In this document: in pieces, positions 46,958 through 55,394 of the stretch
Numbering within the stretch: position 1 is the first letter of the stretch
Layout: each line of letters starts with the position of its first letter
Virus record (IMG/VR): IMGVR_UViG_2706796241_000001
From: a virus
Lineage: Duplodnaviria; Heunggongvirae; Uroviricota; Caudoviricetes; Herelleviridae
Direction: 5' to 3' (one strand)
DNA: 64,000 nt
Made by a program: the position numbers and the translations under genes
The notes under the pieces: generated by a model
What the model was told of the DNA's origin: nothing
The model's input: the letters and a program-made list of their open reading frames with translations, nothing else
The model's database searches: none

Positions 46958-47428
46958 ATGGTTATTAACAGATATATTTTATGTATTAAGTCGTTAAGTA
47001 TGGAAGATATGAGGTATGTGATAGAGAAGGTATCTTCTAAAACAGATTTTGGTGGGTTATCAGAAGATTGTCTTCTACCTCAACTGTACAGACCCATTAC
47101 CCTTGTATTTGTTCCCAGTAAGAAGTATGTATACCAATCATTAGGGGTAACTACCTATAAGGACGAGAAAGCTCTAGTGTATAACTATGGTACTAATGGA
47201 GATGGGCTAGACCAATTATTAAAAGATATAGAGGAAGCAAAAAAGGTAGTGACCTTTGAAGAGGAACTAAAAAGAAGATATAACCGTCAAATTAAACGTA
47301 AAACAAAAAGAATTAATAATTTGTTAGAGCAAGATAAGAGAGGGTATGGGTGGCATGAACTGGGTTATTTGCAGGGGGTTGTCACAACATTAGAAGATGT
47401 ACTAGACGATTTGGAGGAGAGACAATGA
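46958..47428 (+). CDS. hypothetical protein (156 aa)
   Basis: ORF track; GGAGGAG RBS. Confidence 0.45.
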   Translation: MVINRYILCIKSLSMEDMRYVIEKVSSKTDFGGLSEDCLLPQLYRPITLVFVPSKKYVYQSLGVTTYKDEKALVYNYGTNGDGLDQLLKDIEEAKKVVTFEEELKRRYNRQIKRKTKRINNLLEQDKRGYGWHELGYLQGVVTTLEDVLDDLEERQ

Positions 47429-47805
47429 AATATACTTGCATAAAACCATTTAAGACAGAAAGAGCCTCAGTAGACGTAAATAGTGTATGGTATGGGTTAG
47501 ATGTAAATGATATGTGGTATGAATTAGATGCCCCTTGCTATCCCGATATAAAGTGCCCTAAATATATACTTATAGGCGGTAGTGCAGGGGCATCTATTTG
47601 TATTGATTTGCACACTCTTCTAAATAATTTTATGAAAGTAGATAGCTCTTATGAGAGTGTAGAAATTAAGTTAAGAGAGCGGGGTATATTTGGTAAAGAA
47701 CACACTATTACCTTTGACTATATGGGTTATGCTCACTTTAAACAAAGATTCCTTAAACGATTTGGTAATATTAGTTCAGATAGAAAACTAAAAAAGAAAT
47801 TGTAA
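47425..47805 (+). CDS. hypothetical protein (126 aa)
   Basis: ORF track. Confidence 0.4.
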   Translation: MKYTCIKPFKTERASVDVNSVWYGLDVNDMWYELDAPCYPDIKCPKYILIGGSAGASICIDLHTLLNNFMKVDSSYESVEIKLRERGIFGKEHTITFDYMGYAHFKQRFLKRFGNISSDRKLKKKL

Positions 47806-47890
47806 ATACCAACTCATTGAATGACCTAGAACGGGTATTTAGTAACAACGATAACTGGTCAATTAAGATTATGAAGGAGAGATATTAGTT

Positions 47891-48433
47891 ATGGATAATA
47901 AGCTTACAGTAAAGGATGACAGATACCTAGTACAAGTTATTGTAAATGGAGAAGTAAAAGTATCTAAAACAATAAATGGACTAGCACAGGCAATGACAGA
48001 GAAGGAAAGACTTACTAAGCATAACAGAAGAAACTTAGTTATTGATTCAGAGGAATATAGAGACCAACAGAATAACCTTTATGGGAGCAGAGAGGGCAGA
48101 CCTACTGTAATATCAATAAATTTACAAAAATTGGTACATCAGGTAGAAGGTAACGAATTAAACACTATCATTTTTGATTTAGTTAGTGAATTAGAAGTTA
48201 CACACAACCTCAAGATTGCACCTACGTACTTTAAAGCAGTTAAGGAAGGTAGAAAACTATTTGAAATACGTAAAAATGATAGAAATTACCATGTGGGAGA
48301 TATTCTTTTATTAAATGAGTACACATGTGGTTCGTATACAGGAGAGTTTATTAAAGTAGAAGTTACTTATATCACCGATTATGCACAGAAAGACGACTAT
48401 GTAGTCTTAGGTATTAAACTATGCGAAAAATAA
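47891..48433 (+). CDS. protein with C-terminal ASCH/PUA-like domain (180 aa); possibly extended by a +1 frame acidic tail (48411-48594) across an A5 run
   Basis: FKAVKEGRKLFEIRKNDRNYHVGDILLLNE ASCH-like block; start-less open frame downstream ends ..FGWGDVEDEEG. Confidence 0.45.
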   Translation: MDNKLTVKDDRYLVQVIVNGEVKVSKTINGLAQAMTEKERLTKHNRRNLVIDSEEYRDQQNNLYGSREGRPTVISINLQKLVHQVEGNELNTIIFDLVSELEVTHNLKIAPTYFKAVKEGRKLFEIRKNDRNYHVGDILLLNEYTCGSYTGEFIKVEVTYITDYAQKDDYVVLGIKLCEK

Positions 48434-48596
48434 ATGTATATATATTGAGACAACTTGGGCAGGTATTGGTGAAATAGAGACAGTAGAAGTACCCGATAAT
48501 GCTACGAATGAGGAGATAGACGAAGTAGCTAGAGACGTGTTCTCTTCCTACTGTAGCTTTGGTTGGGGTGACGTAGAGGACGAGGAGGGATAGTGA

Positions 48597-48956
48597 ATGA
48601 GTAGACAAAGATATAACGAAATAATTGATAGAGTTTGCTATATGTATATGAAAGCAAATGGTGAAATTAATTTCCCTAATAGTTTTGAAGGAGACCTTTT
48701 AAAAATAGCGTATAAGACTGCAGTAGAGGCAGTTAAAAAGCCAGAACTGAATAAAAATCAGAAACAGGTATTTGAATGGTTAAAAGTAGGTTACTGTAGT
48801 AAAGATTCCTTATTTGAGGCGCTCGAACGTATTGGGGAGACCTATGAAGACCCTAAAACAGAAGAGGCATATTACTCTTTATCAGTAACGGAGGAAGCGC
48901 AAGTTATTCAAGCATTTACTGATTGGTTTTTAGAACAGGGGGAGTACAATGATTAA
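48597..48956 (+). CDS. hypothetical protein, paralog (119 aa)
   Basis: ..QVIQAFTDWFLEQGEYND C-terminus related to the next ORF. Confidence 0.45.
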   Translation: MSRQRYNEIIDRVCYMYMKANGEINFPNSFEGDLLKIAYKTAVEAVKKPELNKNQKQVFEWLKVGYCSKDSLFEALERIGETYEDPKTEEAYYSLSVTEEAQVIQAFTDWFLEQGEYND

Positions 48957-49341
48957 ATTTAAAGAATTTGATGTTGGGGATATACATTACGAAGAACAAC
49001 TAGAAAAATTTCAAAATGAGCAACCAAGCGCCGAATTTGTAACAATCACAGGCGGACAAACAACATATGAGAAAATCTGGTTCAAATACACTGATGATAA
49101 GGTAGACCAAGTAGAACTAAGTGAGAATCAACAAATTGTTTTGGGTTGGTTAAAAGAAAAATATACGTTAACAGATATTGAACCTATAGAACTATTTTGG
49201 AGACTGAGAGCCAATTCTACAAAAACAGATTATCGGAATAGCCCTGTTTATAAAAATTATAGATACATGACAGAAATTGCGCAGTTGCAAGTCTTACAAG
49301 CATTCAGCCAGTGGGCTATTGAAAGAAAGGAAAGAAATTAA
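48949..49341 (+). CDS. hypothetical protein, paralog (130 aa)
   Basis: ..QVLQAFSQWAIERKERN C-terminus. Confidence 0.45.
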   Translation: MIKFKEFDVGDIHYEEQLEKFQNEQPSAEFVTITGGQTTYEKIWFKYTDDKVDQVELSENQQIVLGWLKEKYTLTDIEPIELFWRLRANSTKTDYRNSPVYKNYRYMTEIAQLQVLQAFSQWAIERKERN

Positions 49342-49494
49342 ATGAATAAACAAGAATTGATTAATGCATTAGAAGAGTTAAAGTTCAGTCACGTCCCAGT
49401 CGTTCAAGAGTTATCAAATCGGAGCCAGTGCTACAATGAGGCAATCAAGGCGGCTATTTTGCTAGCAAAGAAACTAGACGAACCTAAAAAGTAA
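49342..49494 (+). CDS. 50-aa helical peptide
   Basis: MNKQELINALEELKFSHVPVVQELSNRSQCYNEAIKAAILLAKKLDEPKK; below track threshold. Confidence 0.3.
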   Translation: MNKQELINALEELKFSHVPVVQELSNRSQCYNEAIKAAILLAKKLDEPKK

Positions 49495-49496
49495 TT

Positions 49497-49883
49497 GTGC
49501 CAAAGTTTGTTGCGGAATGGTACGAGGAAAATAAACATGCATTAGACCTAGCTATTTTTACACAAATTAGAATGTTAGATGGCAACAGCTACCCACATGA
49601 ATCAGAGTTCGATTGTTGGTTAGACCAAAGTAAGAATAACCCTATTGAAACTTTAATACGAATGAAAGATGGATATGAGGTGGAGAAAGAACCACTTTAC
49701 CATGTCGTGTTTACTGGTCTTGGTAATAAAGGAGAAGATTGTTATCTTTGGGTTGAAACATCCCACAATAATGAAGTATACTTCTCAAATAAACCCAACA
49801 TGGGTAAGAGCAAATTTACCGAACAAGAAATAAAAGAAATTGATGAAAGATACTGGGCTTTTGCTGTACCAGTATACAAATAG
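49497..49883 (+). CDS. hypothetical protein with C-terminal EIKEIDERYW motif (128 aa; GTG start)
   Basis: ..FTEQEIKEIDERYWAFAVPVYK. Confidence 0.45.
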   Translation: MPKFVAEWYEENKHALDLAIFTQIRMLDGNSYPHESEFDCWLDQSKNNPIETLIRMKDGYEVEKEPLYHVVFTGLGNKGEDCYLWVETSHNNEVYFSNKPNMGKSKFTEQEIKEIDERYWAFAVPVYK

Positions 49884-49895
49884 GAGGGTTTTATA

Positions 49896-50144
49896 ATGGG
49901 CTATGAAATTACTTATGATAGCAATACTAGTGTAAATACACAAGAAAAAATTATCGCAGTCAATAACTCAGCACTTTATAAAGTATGTGTTGAGAAGAAG
50001 GCTTCCCGTGTAAATGAGAAAACAGAAGTAAAATATACTTTGGAAGTCAGCTCCGCAGACTCACAGGAGAGTACAAAATTAGAGCTACCTCATGAGGTAA
50101 TGCTCCGACTATCAGAACTTATTGAAAACAGTCTTGATTTTTAA
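49896..50144 (+). CDS. hypothetical protein (82 aa)
   Basis: ORF track. Confidence 0.4.
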   Translation: MGYEITYDSNTSVNTQEKIIAVNNSALYKVCVEKKASRVNEKTEVKYTLEVSSADSQESTKLELPHEVMLRLSELIENSLDF

Positions 50145-50156
50145 GGAGGGAACTAA

Positions 50157-50672
50157 ATGAATAAGAATGAATTTATTAGTAGACTAAGTGACGAGGTTTT
50201 TACTCAAGTAGGGTGTGACGGTACATTGAACCCCCATGCTCTAGGCTACAATACAGGGATAGCAAAAGCAGTCTCCTTAGCATATGATTTAGACGAACCT
50301 GAAAAAGTTGTTATTCCTTATAAAGTAGGGAAATATATTGACAAGTGCAAAGAAGAGAACTTAACGTTTATTAACATGATTGACAAAGGAAGCTACCCTA
50401 GTAAGATGTACTTTTGGTTAGCTAATAACCCAGAAAACCACGAGAAACTTGCCAAAGCATGGGTACTGGGTCATACGGTAGAGGAAGAAGAAGACGAGTA
50501 CTACATCATTATTGCAAAAGATAAAGATGGTTGGGGATATAGCTATATCGACCGATTAGGGTCTCCTGACTTTACAAACTACCTAAAAGACATCCCTACC
50601 TTTACAGAGAAAGAAATCCGCAAAATGGATGAACGTTTCATGGCATTTGCCGTAAAAGCAGGTGACGTATAA
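50157..50672 (+). CDS. hypothetical protein with C-terminal EIRKMDERFM motif (171 aa)
   Basis: ..FTEKEIRKMDERFMAFAVKAGDV; AAGGAGGG RBS. Confidence 0.45.
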   Translation: MNKNEFISRLSDEVFTQVGCDGTLNPHALGYNTGIAKAVSLAYDLDEPEKVVIPYKVGKYIDKCKEENLTFINMIDKGSYPSKMYFWLANNPENHEKLAKAWVLGHTVEEEEDEYYIIIAKDKDGWGYSYIDRLGSPDFTNYLKDIPTFTEKEIRKMDERFMAFAVKAGDV

Positions 50673-50869
50673 TGGGGAACTTACCTGATGATGTAGGGAG
50701 TTGGACAACCCATTGTATCAACCTTGTATGTGATGGTGAACTGCTAGAAGATAAGAAGAACCAGACCTACACCTGTGAGGACTGTGGGAAAGTTGTTACC
50801 CTAGATGAACTAAACGAGCACTTAGAAAAAGAAGCAGAAAATTACTTAAAGTTCTTTGGATATAAATAG
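50672..50869 (+). CDS. small zinc-ribbon protein (65 aa)
   Basis: CINLVC..CEDCG Cys motifs. Confidence 0.4.
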   Translation: MGNLPDDVGSWTTHCINLVCDGELLEDKKNQTYTCEDCGKVVTLDELNEHLEKEAENYLKFFGYK

Positions 50870-50925
50870 GAGGAAGAGTATAAGAAGAGTCAGACTTATA
50901 CTTGTGAGGATTAGGGGGTTGTATA

Positions 50926-51084
50926 ATGATTGATTTAGAAAAGCTCATTAACACGATACTTGTATTATTAACAATTACAGCAGTAGTATATCTTATATAC
51001 GTTTTCTATATGTCATATGTAACAGCTGGATGGGTCGGTGTTTTGCTGATGTTAGCTTTTTTATGTATTTTGTATGTATTATGA
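50926..51084 (+). CDS. 52-aa two-TM membrane peptide
   Basis: MIDLEKLINTILVLLTITAVVYLIYVFYMSYVTAGWVGVLLMLAFLCILYVL; below track threshold. Confidence 0.35.
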   Translation: MIDLEKLINTILVLLTITAVVYLIYVFYMSYVTAGWVGVLLMLAFLCILYVL

Positions 51085-51104
51085 TTAAATAGGAGGAAGA
51101 ATAG

Positions 51105-51485
51105 ATGGCTAAAAAAGTAGAGATACCTAGTTTTGTTGCACGAGCAATCAAAAAGTACGATTCAATGTTGAGCTTATTAGCTAATGAGTATTTTGACCCA
51201 TACGATGAAACACCAGATGACAAGCTAGTTGAATGGATTGATGAGGGTAACCAATACGTATTAGCACGGGCTTACATGTATGGGTATACGATAAAAAGAC
51301 AGTTTAAGGTTATTGGGGATACCCGTTATGACCATGGGTTTACAATTGGGGATACTGTATATCTTGAAAAAGTATACCCAGATGGTGTTTACGCAGTACG
51401 AGGAAACTCTCGTTATAGTCTAAGGACAGGAACACTAGATGTACACCCTTGTGACCTAGAAGAGATTACACAGGAGGAAGAATAG
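51105..51485 (+). CDS. hypothetical protein (126 aa)
   Basis: ORF track; GGAGG RBS. Confidence 0.45.
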   Translation: MAKKVEIPSFVARAIKKYDSMLSLLANEYFDPYDETPDDKLVEWIDEGNQYVLARAYMYGYTIKRQFKVIGDTRYDHGFTIGDTVYLEKVYPDGVYAVRGNSRYSLRTGTLDVHPCDLEEITQEEE

Positions 51486-51737
51486 ATGGAAAAACCATAC
51501 GTAGCAGTTAGAAGTATCCACACAGGTAGAGTAGAGTACTGTACAGAAGACTGGCTCTTCTGCGGAAGTGAGAGAAATGCTATGCCTTGTAAGGAAATTA
51601 GATATGTAGATATGTTAAACTGTGGCATGGAGAGTTACTACGAAGTGACCTTTAAAGCTAATCAGTACACTTACACAGAAGAACTCCCTGTATATGCCTT
51701 TACAGGTATCAAGATGATTGAGAAGGAAGAGAGCTAA
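51486..51737 (+). CDS. hypothetical Cys-containing protein (83 aa)
   Basis: ORF track. Confidence 0.4.
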   Translation: MEKPYVAVRSIHTGRVEYCTEDWLFCGSERNAMPCKEIRYVDMLNCGMESYYEVTFKANQYTYTEELPVYAFTGIKMIEKEES

Positions 51738-51752
51738 GGGGGGGGGCAATAG

Positions 51753-51977
51753 ATGAAAGTAGAGCAAGGAGAGTTAGCTATTACACTTCCTCAAAATCCG
51801 GAGGAAAATGCGACTGCAACTATCTATTTCTCAGTTGATGATTATGGAGACATTGCAATTACTACAACAGGTGAGGAAGACTATACACAGTTTGACTTCA
51901 ACTTTACGGAGGAGCAGTGGGCAGTCATTGTTGATACAATATCTGTGCAACTACGAGCACAAAAATTAAGCAGTTGA
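51753..51977 (+). CDS. hypothetical acidic protein (74 aa)
   Basis: ORF track. Confidence 0.4.
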   Translation: MKVEQGELAITLPQNPEENATATIYFSVDDYGDIAITTTGEEDYTQFDFNFTEEQWAVIVDTISVQLRAQKLSS

Positions 51978-52020
51978 CATAAAATAGATTTAAGCATATA
52001 CTATTAAAGAGGAGACAAAG

Positions 52021-52212
52021 ATGAAGTTAAAAGATTTAGTTAAGTTAATGAAGCCCGGAGTGGACGTACTCATTACTTACCCCACGGCAGGGGCTACCAT
52101 AACAGTTAGAACAAAGATAGGAAGTAACAACGAAGTACTAGAACCATACTTAGACTATGAAATTGCTAATGTATCCAAAACAAATCATTATATCGCAATT
52201 GACATCATTTAA
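52021..52212 (+). CDS. hypothetical protein (63 aa)
   Basis: ORF track; AGAGGAGA RBS. Confidence 0.4.
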   Translation: MKLKDLVKLMKPGVDVLITYPTAGATITVRTKIGSNNEVLEPYLDYEIANVSKTNHYIAIDII

Positions 52213-52430
52213 AGTAAAAGAACTAATGTTGACTTAAGCGCATATTTTCCATGCTACTTAAAACAGTTAACTAAACACCAGCCCTATAAGTACTCTATAT
52301 GCCTCTTAGGGCGGTGATAGGTATTCTACCTATTATCACCCTAAACAACTATTGTAAACGCTAGGAGAGGATATAGGACTGGTTTAACACTAAACTATAA
52401 CAAATATAAAAACGGAGGGAGACATACGTA

Positions 52431-52499
52431 ATGGCACAGTGCTATCACGACCAATTAACAAGAGAAGAAGAGAAACAACTTATTTGCAAGTCTAAATAG
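52431..52499 (+). CDS. 22-aa leader peptide upstream of the LarB-like gene
   Basis: Strong GGAGGGAG RBS; MAQCYHDQLTREEEKQLICKSK; sits in a 330-nt leader with a long imperfect hairpin (52300-52345). Confidence 0.3.
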   Translation: MAQCYHDQLTREEEKQLICKSK

Positions 52500-52560
52500 A
52501 ATTAACAAAAAAATAAATAGTCTATATGGCTATGGGAAAAACTAAAGGAGAGCTTAACGA

Positions 52561-53256
52561 ATGAACCTACGTACATTATTTGGAGGAAATAAAACAGCAC
52601 AAGGACTGGCAGAACAAATTGCAGAGGTTCCTTACAATACAAATATTATGATAACAAAACTACCACTGGAAGTATTCAATGAAATACCAACTAATGACAT
52701 CCCTATGTTGGCTCGTAAAGTTATTATTGATTCGGCAGAGGAGTATGATTGGGAGAAAGAATGGGGTACGGAAGCCTCTTTCGTGTACTGTCGGTCTAGT
52801 GAAACTGCATTTTATCAAGAACGACCTGTAAACAGTGACCTAGCAGTGGCAATTACTTCTGCAGGTGTAGCCGACAGAGATATTGTGGATGAGGTGTACC
52901 TAACTGTGTTATTGAGTGGTTACGTTCCTGTGGCTTTCCATGACATTGGTGTGAACGACTTAAATAAATTGATGTATTCCGTAGAAGATATTAATGATTG
53001 TAATGCTATTGTGTCTGTCCAAGGCTTTGAGGGAGCACTACCTGTCGTTCTTGCAGGGCTCACTAACTTACCTATTGTGGCAGTACCTACATCTACAGGA
53101 TATGGCATCTCTGCTGATGGGTATACAGCATTAAATACAGCACTGACAAGCTGTACTTCTGGTATTGCGGTTGTTAACATCGATAATGGCTTTGGTGGAG
53201 GAGCGATGGCTGTCCGTATCTTAGAACAAATTAGCCTTAAACATAGCCATGCATAA
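52561..53256 (+). CDS. LarB/PurE-like (AIR-carboxylase superfamily, COG1691-type) enzyme (231 aa)
   Basis: VQGFEGALPVVLAGLTNLPIVAVPTSTGYG..GIAVVNIDNGFGGGAMAVRIL matches the LarB MEGALP / VPTSVGYG / NIDNGFG blocks more closely than PurE. Confidence 0.55.
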   Translation: MNLRTLFGGNKTAQGLAEQIAEVPYNTNIMITKLPLEVFNEIPTNDIPMLARKVIIDSAEEYDWEKEWGTEASFVYCRSSETAFYQERPVNSDLAVAITSAGVADRDIVDEVYLTVLLSGYVPVAFHDIGVNDLNKLMYSVEDINDCNAIVSVQGFEGALPVVLAGLTNLPIVAVPTSTGYGISADGYTALNTALTSCTSGIAVVNIDNGFGGGAMAVRILEQISLKHSHA

Positions 53257-53389
53257 TGAGATATATAATTGTAGAGAATGGTGACTTAAGAAGGTGTACC
53301 CATTACCCTAGGGTAACCGAGGTAGCGATTAGTCTTAGAAGAGGTAACTAGTTATTAAATATTTTTTATAACATTTAAGGAGGAAAACG

Positions 53390-53701
53390 ATGGATAAGAA
53401 TACAAAAGAAGAATTAGCAAACGCATTAGGTAAATTTTTTGGGACTTTAGTTCTAGTGGTGTTGACCCTTGCTATTGGAGGGTATGTTACGATGTTCTTG
53501 TGGAACGGGTTAATTGCTCCAACCTTTGGGGTGTTAACACTTACATGGGCGCAGGCAATTGGGCTAGATGTATTTATCAGCTTTATTACAGCTAAGACTA
53601 CTACAAATACAGAAGATTCTATTTTGATGGTATTTGCAAAAGCTACTGTATCAACATTGTTATTTATGCTTATTGGATGGGTAGTAATGTTCTTTATTTG
53701 A
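53390..53701 (+). CDS. three-TM membrane protein (103 aa)
   Basis: ORF track; AAGGAGG RBS preceded by the ttaaatattttttataa motif. Confidence 0.45.
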   Translation: MDKNTKEELANALGKFFGTLVLVVLTLAIGGYVTMFLWNGLIAPTFGVLTLTWAQAIGLDVFISFITAKTTTNTEDSILMVFAKATVSTLLFMLIGWVVMFFI

Positions 53702-53754
53702 GGGTAGTAATTAGACGTTAAATATTTTTTATAATGTATAAGGAGGGAGAACAA

Positions 53755-54075
53755 ATGGAGACAACATTAATAGACAAAGAGCGACTAGACAAATTGAAGG
53801 TTGGGGATACAGTCTTCACAAAACCAGAACTTCGTGACCCGATACTAGGTTGTGATAAGGCAACAGTAACTAGTGTGACTCCGGATATTGTATGGATTTC
53901 ATTAAATGGCACAGAGTATGGAGTCCATAAAGACGAGAAAACGAAAGTACCACTTTACCGCAATCAAGCAGGAGAGATTGTCGGGGAGTACTTCTTGGAC
54001 TTTGCAGACTTCCATAAATACTGGACATACTTCGCAAAGACTATGGCGGAACCTGAACCTAATAACCAATCATAG
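53755..54075 (+). CDS. hypothetical protein (106 aa; start moved to METTL)
   Basis: AAGGAGGGAG RBS before the ATG at 53755; preceded by the same ttaaatattttttataa motif. Confidence 0.45.
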   Translation: METTLIDKERLDKLKVGDTVFTKPELRDPILGCDKATVTSVTPDIVWISLNGTEYGVHKDEKTKVPLYRNQAGEIVGEYFLDFADFHKYWTYFAKTMAEPEPNNQS

Positions 54076-54095
54076 GGCAGACGGCTAAATAAAAA

Positions 54096-54133
54096 AGACC
54101 TATCCTTATCAACGGGGAGGGGTCTTTTTTATA
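54096..54133. terminator. putative bidirectional terminator at the junction of the convergent plus and minus blocks
   Basis: aaaaaagacc..(long loop)..ggtctttttt; the A-run before and T-run after give it terminator flanks on both strands. Confidence 0.4.
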
Positions 54134-54350
54134 TGGGAGTATTTAGGTGAGCCTATATAGGAGCCCTAGGGTGAGCCCTTATGTTGACTTTATATGTAGG
54201 GTGTTGACTTTATAAATATATAAAAATTTTCTAGCTACAAAAAAATTTATACCCCAGGGTCGGGGTAGGCAAATAGCCCCACCCCCAAAGTACGGTCACA
54301 AAACCACGGGGGCGGGTCAACTGGTATATACCTATAGGACTGGTCTAGTC

Positions 54351-54494
54351 CTATTCGGTTACCTCTTCGAGTTCTTCGATTAATCTTTGAAAGGCTTGAT
54401 ATACTTCTTCTGAATAGTCTTCAATATCCATTAAATCATTTTGTAATAGTTCTACTTCTTTCAATAGTCTTTCATATGCTTTGTTAGTTTCCAT
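54351..54494 (-). CDS. 47-aa acidic early protein
   Basis: METNKAYERLLKEVELLQNDLMDIEDYSEEVYQAFQRLIEELEEVTE; own promoter cassette. Confidence 0.4.
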   Translation of the reverse strand: METNKAYERLLKEVELLQNDLMDIEDYSEEVYQAFQRLIEELEEVTE

Positions 54495-54536
54495 TCTTAA
54501 CACTCTCTTTCATTTGTTCTATTTATCTTACAAATA

Positions 54537-54565
54537 TAGAATATCAAAGTTTTTGTTTTTGTCAA
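54537..54565 (-). promoter_or_regulatory. early promoter cassette 1
   Basis: Reverse complement reads TTGACA, then an extended -10 TGnTATTCT, then a GA-rich RBS. Confidence 0.5.
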
Positions 54566-54795
54566 TAGATTAGTTTAAATAGTTAGATAATAATTTTATA
54601 GCCCGCTTTTAATACTGTACTAATTTTACAATCTGGCAAGCCTAGCACCTCCATAGCAAAGCCCGCTTTCCATGCTTCTTTACTCACTAGCCACCTAACG
54701 CCCTTGTTTTCCACTGTAAGCACCTTGTTTCCTCCTTAAGGTATTTATATATAAAGCCCGCTAAAACCTCGCTACGGGCTTTATATGCCGTTGTG

Positions 54796-55062
54796 CTATA
54801 GTCCTAGTCCTGACAATAGTTCTTTTTCATTTGGATAAATAAGACTTACATTTTTATAGACAAACGCTAGTTCTGTTAACTCCTTGTTTTCTAGTTCCTT
54901 GTTTGGTATTTCTACGCTGTAAGCCCCTTGCATGTAAGCAATCAAAACGGGATTCTGGTCTACTATGTCCCCTCTAGTTAGTTCATAACCTCCTAGCTCG
55001 TTGTATGCTTCTAATGTAGCGCCTTTTGATTCTGCTAGTTTGATAAATTCTTTTAATTTCAT
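54796..55062 (-). CDS. early protein (88 aa)
   Basis: ORF track; cassette 2 upstream. Confidence 0.5.
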   Translation of the reverse strand: MKLKEFIKLAESKGATLEAYNELGGYELTRGDIVDQNPVLIAYMQGAYSVEIPNKELENKELTELAFVYKNVSLIYPNEKELLSGLGL

Positions 55063-55098
55063 TTTTATTAGTTCCCCTCTCTATTTATCTTACAAGTA

Positions 55099-55127
55099 TA
55101 GAATACCAAAGTTTTTGTTTTTGTCAA
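55099..55127 (-). promoter_or_regulatory. early promoter cassette 2
   Basis: Reverse complement reads TTGACA, ~17-bp spacer, TGgTATTCT. Confidence 0.5.
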
Positions 55128-55144
55128 TAGAAAAGTTTAAATTT

Positions 55145-55287
55145 TTAATCCTCATAATTAAACCATAAACCGCGTCCATTGTCGTAGTACCATCCACCAC
55201 TAGAAACAACTTGCTCAAAATATAGGTTATCATTCCACAAGTCAATCCCGTTTTCATAGTAAAACTCTTTTAATTCATCCGTTGTCA
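55145..55287 (-). CDS. ~47-aa W/Y-rich early protein (coordinates +/-1)
   Basis: MTTDELKEFYYENGIDLWNDNLYFEQVVSSGGWYYDNGRGLWFNYED; AGGGGG RBS; no promoter cassette of its own, preceded by an 11-bp perfect hairpin (55320-55356). Confidence 0.35.
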
Positions 55288-55394
55288 TTTTAAAGCCCCC
55301 TATTCTTTCGTATAAGCGTTTCTAGTTATTTACCTTATAATTACACTAGGGAGCTTGTAGCTCTATTGTATAAGCTCCCTAGTGCCTTATATGG

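Noticed and set aside
53335-53754. 139-aa minus-strand ORF
   Set aside because: Fully antisense to the plus-strand membrane-protein gene 53390..53701, which has a strong RBS; no signals of its own.
54184-54220. Two tandem TTGACT hexamers as strong plus-strand promoters reading antisense into the early block
   Set aside because: No convincing -10 at a 17-bp spacing; ambiguous. Mentioned only as a possible weak or antisense promoter.
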